Of a stretch of DNA of 64,000 bases, positions 1 to 12,256 are shown piece by piece. Below the pieces are notes generated by a model. The model had not been told where the DNA came from and ran no database searches. It saw nothing but the letters and a program-made list of their open reading frames with translations. Both the position numbers and the translations under genes were made by a program. How positions within the stretch are numbered: the stretch's first letter is position 1; every line of letters starts with the position of its first letter. This stretch comes from Octopus vulgaris (taxonomy: Eukaryota). The DNA is taken from assembly GCA_951406725.2 (NCBI GenBank), contig OX597821.1, positions 78,554,001 through 78,618,000 of the forward strand. Direction: 5' to 3'.

Positions 1-2913
1 ACGTATAGCCCGTGGTCCAAGTCTTGGATGAACCTTGAAGCTAATGTTTAGGTCGTTTGGGCATAGTTGGCGGTATATTTTCCACATCGTACAAATGATG
101 TACCGCTCACGGCGACGCTGGAGGGAGTAAAGTTTCAAGGCTTTAAGGCGATCCCAATAATCGAGAGCAGCCATGCCTTCAATTCGTTTAGTGAGTGCCC
201 TCTGGGGTGACTCAATTCTGGAGATGTTTTGTGTTGTGTGAGGAGACCACAGTGGGCAGCAGTATTCAAGGTGTGGCCGTACAAAGGAGGAAAAAAGTGG
301 TATGATGACACCTTGTTCTCTGGACCGGAAAGTTCTTAAGATCCAGGAACTCATCCTACGAGCTATATCGACCTTCTTGTTGATGTGTGCACTCCAACTG
401 AGATCGTCATCAACAATTACACCCAGGTCTCTGATATTGTTAGAGGCTGTGAGCGGTTCCCCTGAAGGAAGAGAGTATGGCTGTTTTAGTGAGGAGTTTC
501 TTCCAAAATGCATCAGCTCAAATTTTCCCTCGTTCAGTTGCATTTTGTTTCTGTCTGCCAATTGACTCACAGCATATAGATCAGACTGGAGTTGAGTTCG
601 GTCTGCTTCTTCATTGACGATTTGCTGGAGCTTAGGTGTCATCAGCAAATATTTTCACTTTGCAGTAAAGTACGACACTGGAAAGGTCGTTTATGTAGAT
701 TATGAAGAGTAGCGGACCCAAGACAGTCCCCTGGGGGACACCGCTGGTGACTTTTGCTGGGCTTGAGTGGACTCCATCAACTACAACATGTTGTGTTCTA
801 TTCACCAGGAAATACTTGATCCAGTGTAGAACTTTTCCACGGATTCCAAGATTTGCCAATTTTGAGAGTAGGATATTATGGTCTACCCTGTCGAACGCTT
901 TACTGAAGTCAAGATATATAACATCAGAGTTCGAACCTGTTCCCAAGGCTTTGAGTACATCTTCAATGTGGTGTAAGAGCTGTGTTAGACAGTCCCTGCC
1001 ACAGCGAAAGCCATGCTGATTTGCATTTAGGAGTTTGTGGGTCTCCAGGAAGTCAGCCATCCTTGATCTTAACACTCTTTCAAACACTTTGATGATGTGG
1101 GAGATGAGTGAGATTGGGCGATAGTTGAGTGCGAGGGATCTGTTTCCCTGTTTGAAAACCGGGATGACTGACTGGGATAGAAACTGTTTTCGTATATAAC
1201 CTGCATCTAACGAATTTCTCCAGAGGTTGGTCAGAGGGACTGCAAGTTGGTGTTTACATTCCTTCAGGAGACTAGCGGGGAATCTATCAGGGCCTACAGC
1301 AGAGTAGTATTTGACCTCATTTATTGCTGCTATGATGTCAGTGGGAGTGAAGGTTATGTCTGCAATTTTGTGTTGGGAGTCAACTTCGTTCGCTTCTCTT
1401 ACGTCAATATCAGTGGGAACACTAAAGACAGAGCAGTATTGTTTCTGCAGTATTTCTGCCATTTCTTTAGCAACGTGTTGGGGAATGCCGTTAGCATCAA
1501 TCAATGGCCCAATGGGTGAGACAGTGGTTCTATGCTTATTTGCATAGGAATAGAACACTTTTGGGTTCTGTTTGATGTTTTTGATTACCCACTGTTCCTC
1601 CGCAGCTCTTTGATTTTCAATGGAGGTTTTCATGTCGTTCTGCAGATGAAGTTTTTCCAGCTCTAGCCTTTTCATTGTTGTTGAACGTGGATGTTGTTTG
1701 TGGGAATATTTTAATTGGTTGATTTTTTTGTTAAGTCTTTTGATGCGCCTGATGAGTGTTTTCTTCTTTTTAGGGAGCCGATTTCTGTTTGTGTTAGTAG
1801 ATTTCGTGGGAGCGTGTTTAGAGCATGTATATGTGACAATGTTTTCAAAGTGCTGCCATGCGTTCTCAATATGGGTGGAATTGAGAGTAAAAGACCAGTC
1901 GATGAAAGACAGATCCTTTCTGATTGCTCCCCAGTCCGCTTTGTGGAAGTTTATGTTATCAAATGAGTGCCATGGAGTGGGATTGGCTGGTTTGGTTTTT
2001 TATGTGTCGGGAATTGAAATTGCAGAGTACCATGTCGTGATCTGAGAGGAGAGTTTTTTCAACTGGAATACTGTGAAAGAAGCTAGAGTGCTTGGTCAAT
2101 ACCAGATCCAAAATCGTTTTATTCTGTCTCGATGGTTCGAGCACAAGCTGAGTCAGGAAGTATTCATCCATTAGATTAAAGAGAAGTTCCGCTGCTGCTC
2201 TATCTGATGTAGAGCACTTGCCTAACTTTAGAGTATTTGTGGGCCAGTTCACATGAGGGAGGTTAAAATCATCCATCACTAGTATGTTTCCGGAGTGGTA
2301 CTTCCGAAGGAAGGACTTGACTTTGCTAAGGCACTCTTCAAAGCACTTTAAAGGTGCTTGGGGAGGCCTGTAAAGACCAACAAATGACTATGTCCTTGGC
2401 CTTGCTGAATAGTGATACAGATTCACAATAGCCATTGGAAAATATGTCCTTGGCATCAAGTGAGAAGGAGTCATGGATAAAGATGGCTGTCCCTCCCTTA
2501 TTTCGGTTTGTACGATCCGCACGAACAATGGTGAAATCTTTTATTTTCACCTCGGCGTCTATATGGGTGTTGTTCAAGTGAGTCTCGGTAAGGATAAAGA
2601 AAGGGAAGCAATGTGTCGTTTCGGCAAGCCAACTCTCTATATATGGGATCTTCCATTTTTGGGCAATAATTGATGGGTTGATGCCACGTACATTTAATAG
2701 GATTGTCGAGGTAAGTGAAGTTTGATGTTTGCATTGTTCTAAGTTGTTCAGTGGTAACAATGTGGGTAGTTCTTGTATGGAGCTGTGTGTGTATGATTTT
2801 CTTGTTGGTAGTGGGTGTGTGGTCCTCGTGATTTGCATAGTTGGTTGCTGATAGCTCGTTGGATCTCCTGGCTTAGGTCGGCCTTCATATTTTCTAGGTA
2901 AGTCAGTAAAAAA
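1..2913 (-). pseudogene. LINE ORF2 (APE endonuclease + reverse transcriptase) with at least 3 frameshifts
   Basis: Fragments 2338-2838, 1959-2279 and 632-1675. After FADDT a 1-nt insertion creates TAA; the shifted frame resumes KLQQIVNEEADRTQLQSDL. Confidence 0.88.
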
Positions 2914-4016
2914 GAGTTACCACTTTGGTTTGCCACTTGGTCGGAGGATACATATTTCATGTTTGTGTTATTTGGTGTTATGGTTTTTTCATGGTTCTGT
3001 CTTCGTTGTTTGATTGTAGGAGGGGAAACGTGGTTGTATGCTGCTTTTATTGTTGTTGAAGATCTCCTCTGTTGCTGTTTATATATATTTTGTGATCGTT
3101 CGGTGCCCCTCAGATGGCGGTGGTTGCATTCTGGGTTCAGGCACATCCTCAGTGACACAGAAGTTTGGCACAGTTTAGGATGAAAGAAGGTGCATCTATT
3201 GCCTTTTGTACATCCATATTTGGGGTCAGGACCATGGATTCTGTATTTAGGACAGTATTTGGGGTGGGAGTGAGGGCCGGTTTTTCCCGTTATACCGTAT
3301 GGACAGGTGCCCTTAACAAGTCTACGACATAGGGTGGGATGGGAAAAAGCACAGCGTCCCTTGTTGTTGTTGCCGCTGGGGCCAAATTTACAGTTGCCTT
3401 GAGCATAGTAACGGCAGGGTGTTTGATATGGGTGTATGGGTGATTTTTCTATAGCAGAGTGTTGTTGTTGCTGTAGCAGCAGTGAAACTTGACTTGCAAC
3501 AGCAGGGCTAGCAGGTGGAATAGGGTCAGGTACTGGTGACGTAGTAGCAGAGACAGGCTGGTGTGGTAGTGAGTCCTGTGGAATGGGTGAAACTTGACTT
3601 TCAACAGCAGAGCTGGCAGGTGGAATCGGGTCAGGTACTGGTGATGTAGTAGCAGAAACAGGCTGTTGTGATAGTGAGTCCTGTGGAATGGGTGGAATGA
3701 GGTCAGATGTTTGTTGCTGGCTATCGAGTCGCTGAAGTGATCCCTGACCTGTTGGAGTTGGGTCATTTGGTGCACTACATTCATTGACAAGGATTGCTTT
3801 TAGTGTTGCCATGTGCGTGTGAATAATAGGAAATATTCTGACAATCTCTTTTGTTTTATTTTCTATCTGTTTTACAGATCTGTGAAAGGATTGTTTTGCT
3901 AATTTTTCAGCTATTTTACTGTAAACATTAGCTTCATTGTGGTGAGTGTACCAAGCGTTTATCATTGCAGTGATTTCATTTTCAACCCAGTGGCGTTTTT
4001 GAATATTATCGGCCAT
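2748..4016 (-). CDS. LINE ORF1 protein: Myb/SANT-like N-terminus, Pro/Ser/Gln-rich linker, four CCCH-type zinc-finger motifs
   Basis: Uninterrupted ORF with first ATG at 4016 (MADNIQKRHW). WVENEITAMINAW..YSKIAEKL..RSVKQIENK pattern, then repeated C..C..C..HP units (CRYYAQGNCKFG..CAFSHP etc.). Confidence 0.8.
   Translation of the reverse strand: MADNIQKRHWVENEITAMINAWYTHHNEANVYSKIAEKLAKQSFHRSVKQIENKTKEIVRIFPIIHTHMATLKAILVNECSAPNDPTPTGQGSLQRLDSQQQTSDLIPPIPQDSLSQQPVSATTSPVPDPIPPASSAVESQVSPIPQDSLPHQPVSATTSPVPDPIPPASPAVASQVSLLLQQQQHSAIEKSPIHPYQTPCRYYAQGNCKFGPSGNNNKGRCAFSHPTLCRRLVKGTCPYGITGKTGPHSHPKYCPKYRIHGPDPKYGCTKGNRCTFFHPKLCQTSVSLRMCLNPECNHRHLRGTERSQNIYKQQQRRSSTTIKAAYNHVSPPTIKQRRQNHEKTITPNNTNMKYVSSDQVANQSGNSFLLTYLENMKADLSQEIQRAISNQLCKSRGPHTHYQQENHTHTAPYKNYPHCYH
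2907..2913 (-). promoter_or_regulatory. Candidate -1 ribosomal frameshift heptamer T_TTT_TTA joining LINE ORF1 to ORF2
   Basis: ORF1 codons TCT TTT TTA. The -1 frame has TAA just upstream and is then open into MQITRTT..LNVRG. Confidence 0.55.
3483..3693 (-). repeat. 105-bp (35-aa) in-frame tandem duplication within ORF1
   Basis: PIPQDSLSQQPVSATTSPVPDPIPPASSAVESQVS followed by PIPQDSLPHQPVSATTSPVPDPIPPASPAVASQVS. Confidence 0.9.
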
Positions 4017-4460
4017 ATTCAGTGGGACAGTATTACACACTGTACGTTAGTTATTGATGAAAAGTTTGTGTCGATATATTCGGAAATGCGTGGCTATATC
4101 TGAGTGTGTGTGGGAGAGTTCAGTGTATATAGTACAAATCAGGATGAGCGCTGAGTTTAATACAGATCAAGGAAAAAGAATTGTACTCACGGGGCTAGTT
4201 TTAGAACTAGTCTTGGGTTTAGTTTTGGTTTAAATTTCTTTCTCCAGGTTGTATATAAATTTGTATAAATTTATCCTCCGATGGTAGTAGAAGAGTAGAA
4301 TAGTAGAATTGAAGAATTCAAAAGTACTGGGACTAAAAACAATGAGAGTTTCTGCTGGCTTGAGTTGAAATATGCTTCTTTGGCTACTGACTTTCACCGG
4401 AGCTATGAAAAGTACGTCTTGTCACGACGAATGCCTTTGATATACATACATATGCCTTTG

Positions 4461-4501
<41 letters not shown>

Positions 4502-4519
4502 GTACTCATATACAGTGAA

Positions 4520-4810
4520 GGCGCATGGCTCAGTGGTTAGAGCGTCGGGCTTACGATCGTGAGGTTGTGATTTCGATTCCCGGATCTTGAGCAAGACACT
4601 TTATTTCACGTTGCTCCAGTTAACTCAACTGTAGGAATGAATTGCGACATCACTGGTGCCAAGCTGTATCAGCCTTTGCCTTTCCCTTGGATAACATCAG
4701 TGGTGTGGAGAGGGGAGGCTGGTATGCATGGGCGACTGCTGACCTTCCATAAACAACCTTGCCCGGACTTGTATCTCGGAGGAAAACTTTCCGAAGGGGT
4801 CTCCCGACTC
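4520..4810 (+). mobile_element. tRNA-derived SINE
   Basis: A-box TGGCTCAGTGG, B-box-like GATTTCGATTCC, followed by a non-tRNA body (cttgagcaagacact...). Confidence 0.8.
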
Positions 4811-5294
4811 ATATACATATATGAACACATACACACACACACACATACTCTTACATATACATATTAGTCTTAGATGTAGTTTAAGAATATAACTTAATAA
4901 GAAGGGGAAAGTTATTTATTTCCAGCGTTGTATCATACACTATATGACTGTTATGTTACACAATCCTTTTATAGTGACAGTATATATACAACGATAATGC
5001 ATATCATTAAACAGCAAATATGGGAGCTATACCTGTTGGAGCACAACCAACTAAGGACCTTAATTAGTATGACAATAAAATAGGCAGGGATCACTAGAAA
5101 TTACGTAACATACTTTACATGATTCAATTAAATGGTTTATCAATAAAAACAGGTCTGAGAACTGCAGGCTATTTGTGTTATTGTTTATTCTACACCAGAC
5201 TCGGAAATTCCCTCCGCTGGATCTTGAGCCTAAAGTGGATCGTGGACTGAATACCGGGCTATGCCCTTGTGCATGTGAGTATTTGTGTTTCTGC

Positions 5295-5337
<43 letters not shown>

Positions 5338-5424
5338 TGTGTGTGAGTGTCTGTGTGCGTAATAGTGCGAGGACTGTATATATTTCGTGTATGTGAAAAG
5401 AATGCTGGCAATCATACAACATCA

Positions 5425-8400
5425 ATTATGGTAGTGGGCATCAATCGGTCACGTGAGGTCTTGGATCTGTGACCGAAGAAATCGAGTCAGCTCATGATGT
5501 CGGTGCAGCGCCTGTTGTGCTGTACAGGCCCATACAGGAGAGACAACCACGCAGACACTGATTGCTTTCTATGGATTTTTCCTTCCGTCGAATGTGCTTT
5601 TCTTTGTGGGGCGCGTTCCTGTTTTTCTACCGCTCCCTTTATCCCCTTTCATCGTATTTGTCTCCAGCGTGGGCGATCATTTGAGACCTCCTCCCATCTC
5701 AGGACGGCCAGATCAAGCAACTTCATATCCCTCTAACAGACGTCTCTGAAACAGCGAAGAGGTCGTCTTCGTACTCTTGTGCCGTTGGACAGTTCCACAT
5801 ACAGGAAGATTTTGGTATCCTTCCGCCAGGCATGCGATATACATGACCTATTCAGTGCAGACAACGCTGCAGGAACAGGGTGAGTATACTGGGTACCTTG
5901 GCGTGGTTGAGGACTTTGGTGTTGGGGATGTGGTCGGTGCACTTGATATCCACGATGTATCTCAAATTACGAAGGTGGAAAACACCACTCCTGTTTGGAG
6001 TAGAAGCTCTACGTTCCACTGCCGTAAAGTAGCGTGCTAAGGACTCACGCCTTATAGACTGCAATCCTGGTATTTGCGGCCAGTTTTCTGTTTTCTTAGA
6101 CTCTCTTTATAAGCCTACCAAACATGGAGGATGCTTGTCCAATTCACCAATTGATCTCAGGGTCTAGGGAGAGGTAATCGCCGATGGAAGATCTGAGGTA
6201 GGTGAATTCATAGACTACCTCCTGCTTGTAGTTGTTGATGGTGGTGGTGGTGAAGGAGTGCTTGGCACTTTGGCCCAATACTTTGGTCTTCTTCAGACTA
6301 ATAGTGAAGCTGATTTCCTGACAGGCCTTTGAATGTTTGTCCACGACGGGCTGCATTTCTTCTTCAAAGTATGCTGTCAGTGCTGCGTTGTCCGCACTCA
6401 GCATTTCTCTTACGAGTACCTGGCACACTCTGGATTTTTCTTTCAGCCTCGACAGACTAAAGAGTTTACCGTCTGATCTAGTGTTAAAATAAACACCAGG
6501 ATTTGATGTCTCAAATGCATGTTTCAGTATGACTGCAAAGATGTCAAACATGCAAAGCACACAATCCTGTTTCAAGCCGCTAAGTATGTTGAATCCCTCC
6601 GAAGAAGCGCAATAAAATTGAACGACGCCTATCTTGGCGAAGACATTGAATTTTTCAGGTCGATGAAGGTGATCTCTTCTAGCTGTCAAAGAGAGATCAT
6701 GTCGAGGGTGGAATGTTTTGACTTGAAACCGCACTGGGTTTCGGGGTGTACCTTCTTATCGACTTTCTGTAGTCTGTTTAGAACCACGCGGACAAAGACC
6801 TTCATGATGATGCTTAACAACGAGATGCCTTGGTAATTCTTGCAGTCGCTTTTGTCTCCTTTGTTCTTATAAAGGACGACAATGTTGCAGTCTCTCATGT
6901 CTTGTGGTACAGATCCCTCCGCCCAGCACCTACACAATAGCTTCAGCAAGTTGCTAAGTAGAACTCTCCTTGAACATCTGATGATCTCTTGTGTGATGTC
7001 GTCCAAAGCCGGTGCTTTTCCAGTGGACAAGCCATCAATTGTTCTGCTCAGATCTTCTATGTCTGGAAGGTGTTTTACTGTGTCTAACACGCTGTCCGCG
7101 ATGTTTTCCTTGGCATAGAGTGCGGAATAATGTTTCATCAATCCATCCCTCCAGCTGCTCTATTTTGCCCATGATAACTTCACTTGATCTGGATTTGAGC
7201 GGAGTTACCTTGCTCTCGGTTGGGCCGATTGGCTTTCTTGCTACGCTCATGCATTCCACGAATATTGCCCGTGTCAATCGACAGATTGTTATCTACACAA
7301 TTGTATACGGTAGTCATTTGCACATCATCTCACTATCTTCTACATGCTGTTCCTTGCGGATGTTAATGCTTGCAGCGTTGTCCTAGTTGGTTGGTGTTTG
7401 TGCTTCAGCAGGGCAGCACGCTTCTCCTTCATACGGGTATTGAACACTTTCCAGCTCGCCTCAAACCAACCTTGTGTCATTTCCCCCCTCCTCCTAAAGG
7501 CCCAAAGTGCAGAGCAATTGATGACGTCTCTGCGAGTCCCATCTCTGTGGAACATTACCAGTCGGTGGGGCTGCATGAGGGGCGACTTCTAACGCCATGA
7601 GAAATGCGTTTTAGTTGGATGTTGACGTTCTGCTTGCTTGGTGTCTTGGCACAATGCATCATTTTTGGTTGGGGAGTGTTCTGAAAAAAAACCCGTGTCA
7701 GGAGTCATGTGAAAATCAGCTATAGCTGGTGCCAGTGCCCTGAGTGAGGGCGACGCCCAGGGACCCTGTGTTATGCTTTGACCTGCAAGTAGGTATGGTG
7801 ACACATAGTCCATGGAGCATACAGAGCTCTAACAACCGTTGCCTCTTTTCACTCAAGTTGCCAGCCCCATACTGAACCAAACACCCAGACCAGGAGTCGT
7901 GATCAGCTCCCACTCTGGCGTTGATGTTGCCAAGTAACACCAGCTATTCTCCATTTTGGATCGCGTGTAATTTTCCTAGAGAGCTGATCGTAAAACCTTT
8001 TCCTTGGCATCTTGTGAAGAATAGAGAGTGCAAGCATAAGCGCTGATAAAGTTGAGAGGCCAAACAGAAGTGAGAATATTCGCTCCAAACCATCACCGTT
8101 GAGTTTTACCAGCTTCAGCAGAGAGTTCTTCACAGCAAAATCGACACAATGCTCTCTGATTTTATCTGTGCTTTCCCTTGTTAGAAAAAAGTATACTCTC
8201 TTCCACGAAATGTCCCCAAATCTGGGGGCCTCGTTTCCTGGAGTATTGTAATATCCACTCTGATTCATAGCAGTTCCTTGTTGATCACTGCTGTCTTGCA
8301 TGTATCGCTGATCTTTTGAAGGTTATCTGAAGGCCAGTTTTCATGGTCCTTATGTTCCAGCATCTGAGCCTGAATGCTGGCATTTTTTGCGTTGTTTGTT

Positions 8401-8640
8401 TGCTTTCTGTTCGTTTTTATTGATGCAATATTTACAACTCACGATTTGATATATTAGTTTCCCTAAGTCCCACGCACCCACTGGAACAGGTGGACTGTAA
8501 CCTTGACAGTGCCTAACCGGATGGGGACTGCCCAGCTTGAGGTAGCTGTCCATTAAGGCACAATGGCTTCTCCCTCCGTGGAAAACGGAGCCTAGTGGAA
8601 AACAGACCCTAGTTCTCTGCAGGCTTAAACCGGTAGGTTG
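5425..8640 (-). mobile_element. Degenerate RTE-clade LINE, near full length
   Basis: WNIRTM, LLGNINARVG, KGDKSDCKNYQGISLLS, ADNAAL, ISLKKTKV, FTYL motifs across broken ORFs; C-terminal Cys/His motif near 5500. Confidence 0.88.
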
Positions 8641-10101
8641 ATGGTTTCCGTGTGTTATTGCTGCGGTTAGACAGCGCTAGAGTGTCTGATTATATCCGAA
8701 TATCTCGTGGAAAAAGTGTTTTCATAGGAAGTGGAGTGAGGAGATTCAGAAAATGCACACGGGTCGGGTTTATATCCTCATAACATTCGGGAAAATGTGT
8801 ATTTTGAATGAGAATTTCGAAAAGTGCATTTCAGCGTGAGTAGAGTACGACAATATCAGAGTTTAATATTGAAATGCAGACTGCTGGCATAGCACACATA
8901 CATACTGACACACATATTTGACAAGAATTTCTGATACAATCCGAATCTAAACCGACTGAACTGTGTATAGAGAAAATTTCATTAACAAATGTTGTTTCTG
9001 AAACATATCATGAGAAGAAGTTCTTTGTGGCACATATATGAAGAATGATACGAACTCTCGAGGGTTTCTTAGATTTGAGGGAAATTAGGATGCTTTATAC
9101 ATAAGATATAGCTGCCATGTAGTGGTTTTCTCGTTGGTTCATACATACATACATACATACATACATACATACATACATACATACATGCATACATAGCTAC
9201 CGTGTAGAGGTGTTCTCGATTGTTGATATATACATACATATACATACACATACAGAGACACACACATACGCAGAGAGACAGACACAAACACACACGCACA
9301 CACACATACATGCGTAAAGAAATTGGTATACTCACCCGCATGTGACCTACCAAATTTGTTACCTCACAATAAACATTCAGAAATATGGATATTTTTCTAA
9401 GACGTAATTTTTTATAAATATGCTTCTAGTGTAGATTCCATCTATAACTGAATTTGTTGTGAAAAGATATATTCGGGGCTGTGGTGGTGGTGGAGGAGCA
9501 AATTAAAATAATTCAAACTGATTGGCTTTCTTGTCTTCACAATGAGTATTTTTAAATGTGAATTTCGATAAATAACTTCCAGAGTGTGTAGATTACGATT
9601 ATATCAGGAGTGAACATGGAAGTATAAATAGTGGGATGGGTCACATGCTTTGCTGACCCTAATCATATGCTTTCGAAAAATTTATAATCACAGCAAATTC
9701 CAATACAATCTGAATCGACACCATATTTACACTATTTGAAGCGTATATGTAGATGTTTATTAAGGTTATGAGTAAAGAAATGCGTTGAGGCACAACGGTG
9801 TAGATATTCTTCCTTTAAATACAGCTTGTCATGCAATACAAGAAATCTATAGTAGACATGCATAATTTTAAATAATAATAGTAGATATATAATCGAAAGG
9901 ATCTCTGAACTCTAAACGGTTTTTCTCTCGCCGTTTTTTTTGTTGTCACTCGCTCACTATTTTTCCTCTTATTCCTTTTTGTCGAAGAGCTTAGGATCGA
10001 AACTTAAAGGACTTTTCCATTTTTTCCGAGCGTTAAACTAATACGCCTGCTTGTCGTCCTTATGACTGACTTCGTCTTTTGTTTTTCTGTATATATATAA
10101 A

Positions 10102-11520
10102 CTAGCATTATGACCAGGGGTTGCCAGGTCTAATGCTAGTGCTTGTTGTTCGTTGCCGGGTCGCAGTGAAAATTTGTCACTGAATCAAGAGCTAAGTTTC
10201 TTATCAAATTTCAGCCCGGCCAGTATTGTTGTTTATGAGCTAGTTGGAGCTTTTTATGAGAGTAATTAATATTCATTGGACTTGGGTTTTGACACCTGGA
10301 ACAGCATAATCATGGAAAATTAACGGGACTGTGCACATGCCATTAGTTGGACAAAAAAGTAGACAGAAGAACGCGAAAAACTCGAATTTGGCCAAAAGAT
10401 AGCAAGATTTTGAAAATACACATAAATCTCGTTTGTTGAGTTTTGGTTTCACACCCAATCCATTTCTGCGCAATTAGTGTCGCGACGAGAACGCATGGGT
10501 TGGGAGTTTGACTGGCAGAGGTAATCAAGTTGCACATGCCAGCCCTTTTGACTACAACCCCCTCACCTAACCCACCTCGTCCTATGAGTGAATAGCAATG
10601 GTGGGAAGAAAAGTGCTGATTCCAGCGAAAAGGCAGAGCAATTAGAGCACAAAAAACAGCATTCAAAGTGATTTTATGAGTATGACGCATTGAAGCAAGT
10701 AACGCAGTAAGGTCAATAGTTTATACGTTCATGACGCATAGAAGCACGTAAGACATCAATGTTAAGTAAGGTATAAATAATAGGTATACCTTTTCGCCGG
10801 AAGGCCAATTGGGCTCCCGATGCACTGAAACGGATGAGATTAGGTCTAGAACACAACTAACCCTTCAACTAAAACCTAGACTAACCTTACGGAAGGGGGC
10901 TCGAGAGCCTCTAATAGGCAGCTTCTAATCCCGAACTATCACTAACCCATCCTAGGGGTTCTAAATCACATAGCTGTAGAGGAAATTGGCTGTGGAGATG
11001 TGCATAGTGGGTTCGTTTCGGAGGAGGACGACTGCATTAGATTAAGGCCATTGACGAGTGTAGCTTTGGAGATCCTAGCTCGTTAGTTATTCCCTGCATT
11101 TCTCAAATGAAAAAATCGTGCACGTATGAAAGCCAAACCACATGATAACGAGTCTTCGCAAAACACAAATGAATGCGCTGAGTCATACAGACTGTCTGCA
11201 AATGCGCACACGCATTCAACTTTCAAGGGTAAAATTATCTCCGTCCAATCAAACAACAGCTGGCAGTCTATTGGCGTATCTAGCTGTACGCACAGTGATT
11301 TTGAAAGGATATTCCAAAACTTATGGGCATAAGGGGTCGGTTTATTGATATTTTTAGTGGCTTTCTTGGGTGACTGGGGAAATGAAAAGATCTTCAAGGC
11401 GACTCGCAGACAGTTTTGAAAGTCCATAGAAAATACAAGGCTTTTACGTGAAAAACTGTGGATTTCAATAAAGTACACAGAGACACACAGAAACACAGAC
11501 ATTTTGCCGTTTATATATAT
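10102..11520 (-). mobile_element. Non-autonomous Helitron-like element
   Basis: Minus-strand 3' end CTAG|T with terminal hairpin CTAGCATTATGACC..GGTCTAATGCTAG. The other end resembles that of the 38075-38440 element (acacagaaacac..tgccgtttatatata). Confidence 0.55.
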
Positions 11521-11537
11521 TTCCATACATACATACA

Positions 11538-11583
<46 letters not shown>

Positions 11584-11704
11584 TATACATATATATATAT
11601 ATTTCTGTGTGTGTTTCTATGTATATTTATTAATAATAATAAAGCTGAATTGTCTTTCACCAATGTCCATGTAAAGGGAATATGAAGAATAGGAAAATAC
11701 GCTC

Positions 11705-12256
11705 ATGAATATATCAGATAAGTTACATATACAATCCTTATTCGCATGCGTATGCCCTCATACACGCTCACTTATACGCTCATCTGTGTGTATCATCGCC
11801 CCTGCATATGGAGGTATATATAACCTTGCATGTGTACATATGTTTACATATACACACATGCATGCATATATGTATACCCTCACTCGTACATATATACGCG
11901 CGCATGGGTGTGTGCACGTACATATGAATATATTCAGATCGTTGTATATGTGAGAAACTAGATAGGGATTATGAGTTAGAGTGCAAATTTAATGGGATTA
12001 CGCAAGAATAATTGCGAAAATGTACAGTACGGTCATTCTGGCATTTGGATTCGTGGTAGAATTTAAATTTGTGATAAAAGCGGTGGTTGCATGTGCTTAG
12101 TGCTTCGTTATGTTTATTAAGCAGTGTTGGAGAGTTGTGCTTTATCTCGTTTCTCACTTATACAACCATCTGATTATATTCATGTGTACGCGTATAAGTG
12201 AGCGTGTATGGGAGTATAATAAGGATTGTATATGTAACTTATCTGATATATTCATG
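11705..12256. repeat. Spaced inverted repeat (about 65-75 bp arms)
   Basis: atgaatatatcagataagttacatatacaatccttatt..catacacgctcacttatacgc is reverse-complemented at 12190-12256. Confidence 0.85.

Larger units (their letters stand above)
1..4430 (-). mobile_element. CR1-group non-LTR retrotransposon (ORF1 + APE/RT ORF2); 3' end runs off the window start
   Basis: APE motifs (LNVRG, LTETHL, RADR..KGG, DDFNLP, LSDH) and RT motifs (YLDFSKAFD, GVPQGTVLGP, FADDT). C-terminal RPHLEYCCPLWSP and LYSLQRRRER read by hand near 100-280. ORF1 lies upstream. Confidence 0.92.

Noticed and set aside
4520-4590. tRNA gene
   Set aside because: A/B boxes are present, but there is no complete cloverleaf or acceptor stem and it continues into a SINE body.
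9974-10011. Hammerhead-like gtcgaagagcttaggatcgaaacttaaagg
   Set aside because: Core reads TCGAAGA rather than CTGANGA and the stems are poor; at most a decayed relic.
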